Positions 39,910-50,395 of a stretch of DNA of 64,000 nt are shown here, one piece after another. Position 1 is the first letter of the stretch; each line of letters opens with the position of its first letter. The stretch is from an uncultured Eubacteriales bacterium (GTDB lineage Bacteria > Acidobacteriota > Aminicenantia > Aminicenantales > Aminicenantaceae). The notes below the pieces were generated by a model, which did no database searches, was not told the DNA's origin, and worked only from the letters and a program-made list of their open reading frames with translations. The translations under genes and the position numbers were made by a program. Location: NCBI GenBank assembly GCA_964514305.1, contig CAZEQD010000003.1:16449-80448 (forward strand), in the 5' to 3' direction.

Positions 39910-40634
39910 ACCTCACTTTTTGTCAGCCTTTTTAGGAGAGAGATCTCTCTGGGAGTTAAATAACGCCATTGACCCCTTTTAAGACTTCCCAAGGCCAATG
40001 GCCCGAATTTTATTCGTTTTAAATAAACAACCCTACACCCCATGGCTTCAAACATTCTCCTTATCTCCCGCTTTCTTCCTTCGTAGATTTCAATCCTCAG
40101 CCCTAAGCCAGTAGCAGTAGAATTTATAATTTTAATCCTGGCTGGAGCTGTTTTCTGTCCATCTAATATTATTCCCTTTTCTAAACGAGAAATCTGACCT
40201 GGCTTCAGTTCTCCTTTAATTCTGACTAAATATACTTTTTTTATTTTAAAGCGAGGATGAGTAAGGCGAAAAGTAAGCTGACCATCATTGGTCAAGAGCA
40301 ACAATCCCTGGCTGTGGTAATCCAATCTCCCTACAGGAAAGAAGCGCTTTTTAAAGGAAGGTAACAAATCCATAATATTCGCTCGCCCAAAGCTGTCTTT
40401 AAGTGTAACTAAAAAGCCTGGGGGTTTGTTAAGCATAATATAAACCTGGCCTTCCTCTTTTCTAACTTTTCGGCCATCTACCTTAACCACATCCTTTTCG
40501 GGATCTATCTTTACTCCCAAATTTTCCACTTGCTGACCGTTAACCGAAACTCTTCCTTCAGCAATTAACTTATCAGCCTCTCGTCTGGAAGAAATACCTG
40601 CTTGGGCTAGAAATTTATTCAATCTCATTAACAT
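39906..40634 (-). CDS. rluB: rRNA pseudouridine synthase (RsuA/RluB family)
   Basis: S4 domain RLNKFLAQAG.SRR, FPVGRLDYHSQGLLLLTNDG, YEGRKREIRRM. Confidence 0.88.
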   Translation of the reverse strand: MLMRLNKFLAQAGISSRREADKLIAEGRVSVNGQQVENLGVKIDPEKDVVKVDGRKVRKEEGQVYIMLNKPPGFLVTLKDSFGRANIMDLLPSFKKRFFPVGRLDYHSQGLLLLTNDGQLTFRLTHPRFKIKKVYLVRIKGELKPGQISRLEKGIILDGQKTAPARIKIINSTATGLGLRIEIYEGRKREIRRMFEAMGCRVVYLKRIKFGPLALGSLKRGQWRYLTPREISLLKRLTKSEV

Positions 40635-40645
40635 CTTAATTTTCC

Positions 40646-41743
40646 TCAGGTCAATAGATGGATATTGCCAATGTTCACTTTCTTTATGCCTGCCTCTAAA
40701 GCTACTTGTCGAGATTCTTCAGCCTGAATTCGCGATGTACAAGGCAAATCTTTAAAATAAAAATGAGGATAAAAGGCCAGAAGAGAATAGGGAATTTCAG
40801 GATTAAGAGAAGCTATGAATTTGGCAATAAGTCCCACCTCTTCTGTGTTTATATATCCTGGGACAAGAAGAGTACTGGCTATAACCAGGGGAGGCTCTTT
40901 TCTCTTAAATGACCAATTAGCTGCCAGCTCAAAATTCTTCAACGTCTGCCCGTTAGATCTCCCGCATAAGGCCATATTTAGCTGAGGATTGAATGTTTTT
41001 AGATCGAATTTAACACATCCCCCACTTTCCAAGGCAATAGCCAGAATCGTTTCTAACAAATGGCTGTTCATTGTTCCATTAGTCTCCCAACAGAACCTCA
41101 ATATCTTGTTCCTTTTCTGGGACAGAGCCAAACGAGCCGTAAAGATAGAATGGGGAAGCTGAGGAGTAGGGTCTCCCCCAAAATAACATACACATGATGT
41201 CCGTTCATCAATATGCTGGACCAGGTCTTTAGCAGAAGTCGTTTTCATTTGGTGTCCAAATTGTTTGTGTTGCCAATTCTGACAAAAAAGACAATTAAAA
41301 GTGCAGCCATAATAAAAAACTGCCAAATTTTTAAATCCATATTCTGGCCCCCGGCTATAAGAATAGTCGGGATAGCCAGCTCCTGTTCCTCCTGGGCACA
41401 CCCAACTGGCCACACAATTGGTAGGTAAAGGATCGTAATACCAGGCAAGGTATGCTTCTTGAGAAAAAGGTCTTAATTTTTGACCATTCTGATTCTTCCT
41501 CACACCACAGAAGCCAGCTTTTCCTCTGCCAATCTGGCACTGGTTAAAACAATAATTACAGGGTAATCCTTCCTTATCTCGGGGAGGAAAGGGACTCAGA
41601 TTAAATGCCTCTCTGGACTCCTGGTGAGCTTTTATGATTCGAGAGTGGATTTTCTGGCTGCCTTCCAGAATACAATCCCGACATAGACCTAAAGCCTTTG
41701 AAATAAGAGGACTTTCCCGGCCACAGCCAAGACATCTGCCCAT
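40646..41743 (-). CDS. Radical SAM protein, PFL-activase-like with N-terminal Cys-rich region
   Basis: CTFNCLFCQN, YYDPLPTNC, YFGGDPTPQ, WETNG, VKFDLK. Confidence 0.85.
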   Translation of the reverse strand: MGRCLGCGRESPLISKALGLCRDCILEGSQKIHSRIIKAHQESREAFNLSPFPPRDKEGLPCNYCFNQCQIGRGKAGFCGVRKNQNGQKLRPFSQEAYLAWYYDPLPTNCVASWVCPGGTGAGYPDYSYSRGPEYGFKNLAVFYYGCTFNCLFCQNWQHKQFGHQMKTTSAKDLVQHIDERTSCVCYFGGDPTPQLPHSIFTARLALSQKRNKILRFCWETNGTMNSHLLETILAIALESGGCVKFDLKTFNPQLNMALCGRSNGQTLKNFELAANWSFKRKEPPLVIASTLLVPGYINTEEVGLIAKFIASLNPEIPYSLLAFYPHFYFKDLPCTSRIQAEESRQVALEAGIKKVNIGNIHLLT

Positions 41744-41758
41744 GGTCTCTATCTTAAG

Positions 41759-42322
41759 CTAAAAATAAATATTCAAACCCCCACTGATAGTAAAATCTCC
41801 AATCTTAAATTTTCTCTGATCAATATCAAGGCTGACATGGTGATATTTGCCTTCGGCCAATAAAGAAAGCCTGCTACCCAGATGCAATTCCAGTCCAAGT
41901 CCTAAATTATATCCTCCATCTCTGTCTTTATCGATGTCATGAATATTGGCCGTATAATAACCATAACCCATGGTAAGATAGGGATGGATGAGAAAAAAAG
42001 GGAAAAAATATTTAAAATTTAAGCCAATAAAATTATAATCGACTTGCCTTCCTCCCCAATCTAGGGCTATCAAGTCAGCCACATCCAAATTATGTGCAGC
42101 TTGAAAATAATTAATTTCCACAGCTATCATCATGATTTTAAGACCAGCTCGCAATCCATACAGAAAAGTGGTGTCAGTGTTAAAGTTAACGTTTTTCAGA
42201 CTGGGTTTCTGGGCTGAATAGCCTGCTTGAACTCCAAAATAGAGCCCCCCCCGAGCATAAACTTTGGACATAAATAGCAGGATAAAAAGAATTATCAACA
42301 CTCCTAAAAATTTTTTTCTCAT
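41759..42322 (-). CDS. Small outer-membrane beta-barrel protein (OmpA/porin-like)
   Basis: Signal peptide, amphipathic strands, HPYLTMGYG, C-terminal GGLNIYF. Confidence 0.75.
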   Translation of the reverse strand: MRKKFLGVLIILFILLFMSKVYARGGLYFGVQAGYSAQKPSLKNVNFNTDTTFLYGLRAGLKIMMIAVEINYFQAAHNLDVADLIALDWGGRQVDYNFIGLNFKYFFPFFLIHPYLTMGYGYYTANIHDIDKDRDGGYNLGLGLELHLGSRLSLLAEGKYHHVSLDIDQRKFKIGDFTISGGLNIYF

Positions 42323-42495
42323 TTATTTACTCCTTACTGTTTACTTGCTACCTCTTTCGCTTTACGATTTAAACGGTTTGCTGTCCTCAGCAGACCCTCC
42401 CCTATTTATTATAAACGGCCCGCTGAGGACAACGGGCCCTACACTCCTTTATTCCCACTCCTTACTCCTCACTGTTTACTGTTTACTCTTTACCT
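42323..42495 (-). repeat. Composite intergenic element: 7-nt array interrupted by a REP doublet
   Basis: Minus strand heptamers (AGAGTAA ACAGTAA ACAGTGA GGAGTAA), then REPs at 42442-415 (GTAGGGCCCGTTGTCCTCAGCGGGCCGT) and 42400-373 (GGAG variant), then more heptamers up to the ATG at 42322. Confidence 0.7.
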
Positions 42496-42912
42496 TTAAA
42501 ATAGTCGGGGTTTAGCCAATATATCCATAATTTTAAGGTCAAAAAAATTTTGAAGTTTTTTTCTGGCAGCTCGACCAACCCCACCTAAAGCATTTTGACA
42601 GGTCAAAACTTTAGCCCCAGCCTCTATTATTTTTTCTCTCAGCTCAGCTTTCAGTTCTTGATAATCTGGCTTCAAAAATCCAGTAGAATGGGTAACAATC
42701 ACTAAATTTCTGGCTGGGAAATAGCGGGCAGCCATTAATCCCGTCTTCCCTGATGAAGAGGCCACTATTACATTTTGAACTTCAAGCTCTTCAGCTCTTT
42801 TAGCTGCTATTTCCAGCGTCTTCTGGGTATTTTCGGGCCTTGGATTATCAAAATAAAAACAAGTTGATAAATAACCTGGAAATTTCTGATTTTTGTTCTC
42901 TATCATCCTCAT
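42496..42912 (-). pseudogene. Pyruvate-kinase C-terminal-like (PK_C) family protein with an apparent in-frame internal deletion
   Basis: YFDNPRPENT.KTL, VASSSGKTG, VTHSTGF, LGGVGRA and FFDLKI..I.AKPR are present. The conserved middle block I recall from the family (G.G.KV..E...MAADAG...GG...G.DTA) is missing. 138 aa versus about 185-190 aa recalled for homologues. Confidence 0.55.
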
Positions 42913-43095
42913 TCCTCTTATTCAGTTAATTTCTACTGCATCCATTTTGTTGTCTCTCAATCAAGTTGTCAAGGATATATCAACTTAACAATTTGCTGGA
43001 AATACGCATCCTTCCCATCTCTAAAAACTCTTTCCTTCATTATCACGTATTATATATAATACAAATTCAAGAGGTAATTTAAACTAAAAAGAAAA

Positions 43096-44331
43096 ATGGC
43101 AAGAATTAATGTTAGTGAATCTGTGGCCATGGCCATGAGCTCACTCTGGTCTAACAAGCTGAGGACCTTTCTGACTCTTTTAGGAATAATTATCGGAGTC
43201 CTGACTATAATAGCTGTCGTCTCTATTATCCAGGGCTTAAACAATTATGTTTATACCAAAATGGCCTTTTTTGGGGCCAATGATTTTTCAATCAGCAAAT
43301 TCTCGATGACAGTCAGGTCACTTAAAGAATTTAGAGAACAACTTAAAAGAAAAAACCTGACTATGGATGATATGAAGGCTATTCGCAATCAATGCCAGGA
43401 ATGTGATCTGGTTGGAGCTACAACCAGCACCTCAAGAACTGTAAAATTCGGAAACCAATATCTTAAAGATGTAGAAATCAGAGGTGTCACTTATCTTGAT
43501 CATATGATAGGAACTGTAGAAGAACTGGAAAGAGGAAGACATATTCAACGAGAAGATGAAAACAGCTCTCGATACGTATGTATCATCGGGGCTGACGTAG
43601 CTGAGAAGCTTTTTCCCCATATTGATCCTTTGGGAAAGTGGATTAAGATAGGCCCCCACAATTTTCGTGTAATCGGTCTAGGCATCAAGAAAGGAAAAAT
43701 TCTGGGCATGAGCCAAGATAATTATGTCCGCATTCCTATCACTACTTTTCAGAAAATTTACGGATCCAGACGGAGCATCAGCATTAATGTTCACACCTCT
43801 TCCCAAGAACAGATGGTCAAAGCTCAAGAAGAAGTGAGGACTATCCTCCGCTCCAGGCATCATAGATCTTTTAATCAGCCAGATGATTTTTCTTTTATGA
43901 GCTCAGATACTTTTATTCAATTCTACAAAGGGGCTACTACCAGCATCTATTTTGCCATGATTGCCATTTCCTCCATTGCTCTCATCGTAGGCGGGATTGT
44001 AGTCATGAATATTATGCTGGTTTCAGTTACTGAAAGAACCAAGGAAATCGGCATTCGCATGGCCGTCGGAGCCCGTCGCCTTGATATTCTATTTCAATTC
44101 CTGATTGAATCAGCTTCCCTGTCAGCCACCGGAGGCATAATTGGTATTATCTTAGGCTTTATTATTGCCAAAATAGTCAGCGCTGCTACTTCTATGCCCT
44201 CAGCTCTTGACCCGACATCTATTATCATTGCCATCCTTGTCTCAGCTTCAGTCGGTATCTTTTTTGGCCTTTATCCTGCCAGTAAAGCTTCTCGCCTTAA
44301 TCCTATAGAATCATTACGGTCAGAACAATGA
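43096..44331 (+). CDS. MacB/FtsX-family ABC transporter permease
   Basis: NKLRTFLTLLGIIIG, GGIVVMNIMLVSVTERTKEIGIRMAVGA, QFLIES. Confidence 0.92.
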   Translation: MARINVSESVAMAMSSLWSNKLRTFLTLLGIIIGVLTIIAVVSIIQGLNNYVYTKMAFFGANDFSISKFSMTVRSLKEFREQLKRKNLTMDDMKAIRNQCQECDLVGATTSTSRTVKFGNQYLKDVEIRGVTYLDHMIGTVEELERGRHIQREDENSSRYVCIIGADVAEKLFPHIDPLGKWIKIGPHNFRVIGLGIKKGKILGMSQDNYVRIPITTFQKIYGSRRSISINVHTSSQEQMVKAQEEVRTILRSRHHRSFNQPDDFSFMSSDTFIQFYKGATTSIYFAMIAISSIALIVGGIVVMNIMLVSVTERTKEIGIRMAVGARRLDILFQFLIESASLSATGGIIGIILGFIIAKIVSAATSMPSALDPTSIIIAILVSASVGIFFGLYPASKASRLNPIESLRSEQ

Positions 44332-45575
44332 GATTGGGAATTCTAAGAGAAATTGGAGCCATGGCCTTTGACTCCATAAAAACTCATAAGCTCCGTTCCT
44401 TTCTGACCTTATTGGGAATCATGATCGGCGTTATGACTGTCATCGGTATGGTATCTATTATCCAAGGTTTAAATCGGTCTTTTTTAAGTCAGTTAGAATC
44501 TGTCGGCTCAGATCTTATTATTGTCGAAAAATACGAACCCGGTATTCAAATGGGACGACGCTCTGAAGAAGAAAGACAAAGAAAAGATCTTACTTTCGAT
44601 GATGCTTTAGCTATTGAAAGAGAATGTTCTCTGGTGAAAGCAGTAGCCGTAAGTCTGACAGCCAACATATTTGAGGGTATTTCTATCAAATATAGAGATA
44701 TTAAAAGCGAGGATGCCTTGGTTTTAGGTATGAATGATAAATTTCCTCAGGTCCTCTCTGTTTATCTTCCAGAAGAAGGTAGATTTATCACTGAATCAGA
44801 TGTATCTCACAGGACAAGGGTCTGCGTTTTAGGAGCTGAACTGGCTGAAACTTTATTCCCCCATACCCAGCCCTTGGGCAAAGAAATAAGAATTGGGCCT
44901 GAAAAATTTACGGTGGTTGGAGTCTTGAAAAAAAGGGGGAGTATGTTTGGTCAAAGTCAAGATAACTTTGTCGGCCTGCCCATTACCTCTCTAATGAAAT
45001 ATTTCCCCTACGATCTGGGCAATTTACAAATAATAGCTATTCCTACCAAACACGGCTACCTCCCTGATACTATCGATCAGATCATCAACTTGCTCAGAAA
45101 AAGAAGAAAAGTGCCTTTTGGTAAACCAAACGATTTTGCTGTCTACACTCAAGACACACTCCTAAATCTTTATAATCAACTAACAGGAGCAGCTTATTTA
45201 GTTATGATAGTTATCTCCTCTATTGGTCTTCTGGTGGGTGGGATCGGAGTTATGAATATTATGCTCGTCTCGGTCAAAGAAAGAACCAGAGAAATAGGCA
45301 TCCGCAAAGCTATCGGGGCTCGACCAGGAGATATCCTCAAGCAGTTTCTAGTAGAAGCTATTTTTCTAACAGGAACCGGAGGCATTCTGGGAATAATCAT
45401 CGGCTTTTTAATAGCCCTTCTGGTTAAAGCGGCTACACCGCTGCCGGCTTCAGTAACACTCTGGTCTGTCTTTCTGGGATTTTTTGTCTCTGTTTCGGTT
45501 GGGCTCTTTTTCGGCATTTTTCCTGCCAAAAAAGCCGCTCGTCTGGATCCCATCGTCTCCCTAAGATATGAATAA
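44328..45575 (+). CDS. MacB/FtsX-family ABC transporter permease (paralogue)
   Basis: HKLRSFLTLLGIMIG, GGIGVMNIMLVSVKERTREIGIRKAIGA; ATGA overlap with the previous gene. Confidence 0.92.
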   Translation: MRLGILREIGAMAFDSIKTHKLRSFLTLLGIMIGVMTVIGMVSIIQGLNRSFLSQLESVGSDLIIVEKYEPGIQMGRRSEEERQRKDLTFDDALAIERECSLVKAVAVSLTANIFEGISIKYRDIKSEDALVLGMNDKFPQVLSVYLPEEGRFITESDVSHRTRVCVLGAELAETLFPHTQPLGKEIRIGPEKFTVVGVLKKRGSMFGQSQDNFVGLPITSLMKYFPYDLGNLQIIAIPTKHGYLPDTIDQIINLLRKRRKVPFGKPNDFAVYTQDTLLNLYNQLTGAAYLVMIVISSIGLLVGGIGVMNIMLVSVKERTREIGIRKAIGARPGDILKQFLVEAIFLTGTGGILGIIIGFLIALLVKAATPLPASVTLWSVFLGFFVSVSVGLFFGIFPAKKAARLDPIVSLRYE

Positions 45576-45603
45576 GTAGGGTTTGCTACACCAGCAGACC
45601 GAT
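45576..45603 (+). repeat. GTAG-class REP palindrome
   Basis: GTAG-GGTTTGCT-ACACC-AGCAGACC-GAT directly after a stop codon, between convergent genes. Confidence 0.7.
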
Positions 45604-45614
45604 AACCTGCTTTA

Positions 45615-46802
45615 TCACCCTAACTTTTGCTTAACAAAATCATAAACTTTATCTACAGCTAAAGAAAGATTCTCAACGGCTTGGCCGGCCATCTCTACTA
45701 AAGAGGGCTGACCGCCTCCTTTTCCCTTTATCAACTCAGCTAGCTTGGGCACCAACTCTCTAAAATCAATATCAATAGAATCTGAATGGGCTAAAATCAG
45801 ATAAATCCTCTCTTTCTCTCTCACACCGTAGATAACTGCAAATTGACCAGCCCTGATTACATTAAGGGCTAAAAATTTTACTTCCTTCCTGGTTCTATCG
45901 CTAAATACATTTTTAATAATATTTCCTTTGCTCTTTTTGGCAATATCCTGAGCTTCATATTCAATCAGTCTATTCTGGATTTTTTTATTAATTTTTCTTT
46001 GGGCCTTTAGTTCAGACAAATGCCTCTCCACCGAAGATAAAATTTCTCGCTCATGGACAGTAAATTTCTGGCAAAGCTGCCTAATAAGACTGTTTTTGAA
46101 ATCATAATCTCCAAGAGCTCTACGGCCACAGACAAATTCAAATCTAATATTATTCCTTATCCTCTCCCATTTAAGAATCTTAATAAGGCCTATCTCCCCT
46201 GTCCTTTTAAGGTGAGTACCACCACAGGCTGAATAATCAAAGTCTGAAACCTCGACAATTCTGATCAGACCCTTTTTCTTCGGAGGTTTTCTTAAAGGAA
46301 TATTCTTTAGTTCATTATCCTTAACAAAATAGGTTTTTATCAGTCTATTTTGAAAAATAACCTCATTAGCTCTTTTCTCAACCCTGAATACACCTTCTTC
46401 TTTTATATTCCTTAAATCTACCTCTATCGACGAGACTTCCTGACCCAAATGGAAAGAAAGAGTCTCAGCCCCAAATAATTCATAAAAACTTTGAGAAAGA
46501 ATGTGCTGGCCAGAATGCTGCTGCATATGATCAAATCGCCTCGACCAATTAATCTGACCTTTAATTTTGGTGGCTGTAATTTCTCTCTCAATAAGGTGAA
46601 CAACCCTTTCATCTATCTCCAGCACATCAACCACTTCAATTCCGTCTATTGTGCCTTTATCTGCCGGCTGCCCCCCTGATTCTGGGTAAAAACAGGTCTG
46701 GTTAAGTATGAGAGCAGGCTTTTTTTCATAAATAAGCCTCTCGACAACATCAGCTTCAAATTCTGTTCGGTAAGGATTCTTAAAATAGAGTCTTTCAGTC
46801 AC
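45615..46802 (-). CDS. AlaX-type tRNA editing protein with DHHA1 domain
   Basis: FYPESGGQPAD.G, HMQQHSGQHILS (HxxxH), ACGGTH, KGGG; GTG start overlapping the rnhC stop. Confidence 0.85.
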   Translation of the reverse strand: MTERLYFKNPYRTEFEADVVERLIYEKKPALILNQTCFYPESGGQPADKGTIDGIEVVDVLEIDERVVHLIEREITATKIKGQINWSRRFDHMQQHSGQHILSQSFYELFGAETLSFHLGQEVSSIEVDLRNIKEEGVFRVEKRANEVIFQNRLIKTYFVKDNELKNIPLRKPPKKKGLIRIVEVSDFDYSACGGTHLKRTGEIGLIKILKWERIRNNIRFEFVCGRRALGDYDFKNSLIRQLCQKFTVHEREILSSVERHLSELKAQRKINKKIQNRLIEYEAQDIAKKSKGNIIKNVFSDRTRKEVKFLALNVIRAGQFAVIYGVREKERIYLILAHSDSIDIDFRELVPKLAELIKGKGGGQPSLVEMAGQAVENLSLAVDKVYDFVKQKLG

Positions 46803-47472
46803 TTTTTTCCCTCGAAGTTGTTAATATTCTGGGCGTCAGTTTAAAGTGCTTTTTAGCTACTTTATCCAGAATCTTTTCTCCATGAAGATTGATCAATTTA
46901 AGGCCGGCTTCTTCAGTTCGAGGAGAAGAGCCTTTAGGAAGATCCATTCCCACTTCTTGGGAAAGGAAATAGAGACGCTTCAGAAATTCAGCCCTGGCTA
47001 AAATTGAGGCTGCAGCCACAGCTAAATCTTCTTCTGCTTTGGGTCTCTGAATAAGCTCGATCTTCTTTCCTTTCTTCATCAGGGCATTAAGCACATAAAG
47101 CTTATCCCCAAATTGATCTGTTATGGCTAAAGAGCAGGGCACTTCTTCCAGTATATTCTCTATAGCACGGCTGTGAGCCCAAGCCAGAATTCTGTTTAAA
47201 TTTCTCAGTTTGGCGTAAAGTTCATTATATTTTTCAGGACCAATGACAACCAAGGAATATTTATAACCTCTTTTTATGACCTCAGCCATTTCTCTGACCC
47301 GATTATCAGAAAACTTTTTACTATCTTTCACTCCCAGTTCTTTTAGAACAGGCTCTTGCTTGATCGGGATAAAGACGGCGGCCACTACTAAAGGGCCAAA
47401 ATAATCCCCTTTGCCCGATTCATCGGTACCAATATGGTCTTCCTCAGAAGGAAAAAGTTGTGATTGATGCAT
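46795..47472 (-). CDS. rnhC: Ribonuclease HIII, catalytic domain only
   Basis: IGTDESGKGDYFGPL, GVKDSK, DQF, KAE....VAAASILAR, K.AK.HFK. Confidence 0.85.
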   Translation of the reverse strand: MHQSQLFPSEEDHIGTDESGKGDYFGPLVVAAVFIPIKQEPVLKELGVKDSKKFSDNRVREMAEVIKRGYKYSLVVIGPEKYNELYAKLRNLNRILAWAHSRAIENILEEVPCSLAITDQFGDKLYVLNALMKKGKKIELIQRPKAEEDLAVAAASILARAEFLKRLYFLSQEVGMDLPKGSSPRTEEAGLKLINLHGEKILDKVAKKHFKLTPRILTTSREKSD

Positions 47473-47502
47473 ATTTAATTTTTAAAATCTTCCTGGCCTG
47501 TC

Positions 47503-48801
47503 TCAGTCTAAGAGGTTTCTTTCCTTAGCTTCTTTTATCAGGTCCGGCCTAAATTTAGGGTGAGCAATACTGATCAGAGCTTTTGTTCTTTCCTGGAGGT
47601 TTTTTCCATGAAGGTAAGCTACCCCATACTCAGTGACTACATACTTAACATCGGCCCGGGTAGTAACCACCCCGGCCCCTTTTTTCAGAAAGGGAACGAT
47701 GCGTGATATTTCACCATTTTTAGCCGTAGAAGGAAGAGCAATAATTGGTTTACCTCCCTTGGATTGAGCTGCGCCCCGAATGAAATCGACCTGTCCCCCA
47801 AACCCGCTGTAAATGTAAGTACCAATAGAGTCCGAACAAACCTGACCAGTTATATCAACCTCAATAGCTGAATTGATGGCTACCATATTATCATTGCGAG
47901 AGACATTGAAAGGATGGTTAGTGTAATCTACAGGATGTCCTTCAAAGATAGGATTATTATCAGCAAATTCATAGAGCCTATCGGAGCCTAAAATAAAAGT
48001 CAAAATTACCTTATAAGGATGAAAGGTTTTTTTGGCTCCAGTAATGGTTCCCTCTTCAATGGCTTCCATGACTCCATCGGAGACCATCTCGGTGTGGATT
48101 CCTAAATCCCGACGACCCTTCAAAGCAGAGAGAACAGCATCCGGTATTCCCCCAATGCCTAACTGCAAGGTTGAGCCATCCTCGATTAAATCAGCAATAA
48201 AGTTTCCTATCTTTCTTTCTACTTCACTAAAAGGTTTTTTCTCAAGCTGAGGTAAAGGTTCAGAAACTTCAACAATTTTATGGACTCTCGACACATGAAT
48301 AAAAGAATCTCCCAGAATACGCGGCATCTTTTCATTTACCTGAGCGATGACAATTTTGGCTGTTTCAGCAGCAGCTTTGGAAGCTAAGACTTCGGCTCCA
48401 AAGCTCATAAACCCATGTTCATCAGGAGGAGATAGATGGACCATGGCTACATCTATGGGCATCTGACCAGAATAGAATAAATTTGGTATTTGATGGAGGA
48501 AAATAGGCACATAGCCAGCTCTTCCTTCATTGATGGCTTTACGGTCAGCCGGGCCGACAAAAAGAGAATTATGGCGGAAATGGCCTTCCATTTCAGGCTT
48601 AGAAAGAGGATCTTCGCCCATTAAAAGAACGTGAACCAGCTCTACCCCTTCCAGTTCATCCTTCCTCGAGGCTAAGGCCTTTAATAATACATAAGGAGTA
48701 GCAGCATTGCCGCTGATATAAACTCGGCTACGGCTTTTAATTTCAGCTACCGCTTCTTCAGCTGAGACCAACTTTTTTTTGTAATCATCAACACATGACA
48801 T
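47503..48801 (-). CDS. Acetyl-CoA hydrolase/transferase (4-hydroxybutyrate CoA-transferase-like)
   Basis: TLQLGIGGIPDAV, LGIHTEM (catalytic Glu), INSAIEVD.TGQV, SGFGGQVDF, ADVKYVVTEYG. Confidence 0.92.
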   Translation of the reverse strand: MSCVDDYKKKLVSAEEAVAEIKSRSRVYISGNAATPYVLLKALASRKDELEGVELVHVLLMGEDPLSKPEMEGHFRHNSLFVGPADRKAINEGRAGYVPIFLHQIPNLFYSGQMPIDVAMVHLSPPDEHGFMSFGAEVLASKAAAETAKIVIAQVNEKMPRILGDSFIHVSRVHKIVEVSEPLPQLEKKPFSEVERKIGNFIADLIEDGSTLQLGIGGIPDAVLSALKGRRDLGIHTEMVSDGVMEAIEEGTITGAKKTFHPYKVILTFILGSDRLYEFADNNPIFEGHPVDYTNHPFNVSRNDNMVAINSAIEVDITGQVCSDSIGTYIYSGFGGQVDFIRGAAQSKGGKPIIALPSTAKNGEISRIVPFLKKGAGVVTTRADVKYVVTEYGVAYLHGKNLQERTKALISIAHPKFRPDLIKEAKERNLLD

Positions 48802-48854
48802 TTTTTTTCACCTACCTTCTAGGCGGTTTTCCTTAAAGACAGCAGCTTCTATTT

Positions 48855-50381
<1,527 letters not shown>

Positions 50382-50395
50382 TCATAGCTTAGAGC

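Noticed and set aside
39840-42442. REP doublets as a possible mini-CRISPR
   Set aside because: Only two units per site, 14-nt linkers, non-identical repeats, no cas genes.
42264-42515. 83-aa plus-strand ORF
   Set aside because: Read-through of heptamer and REP repeats, antisense to real genes.
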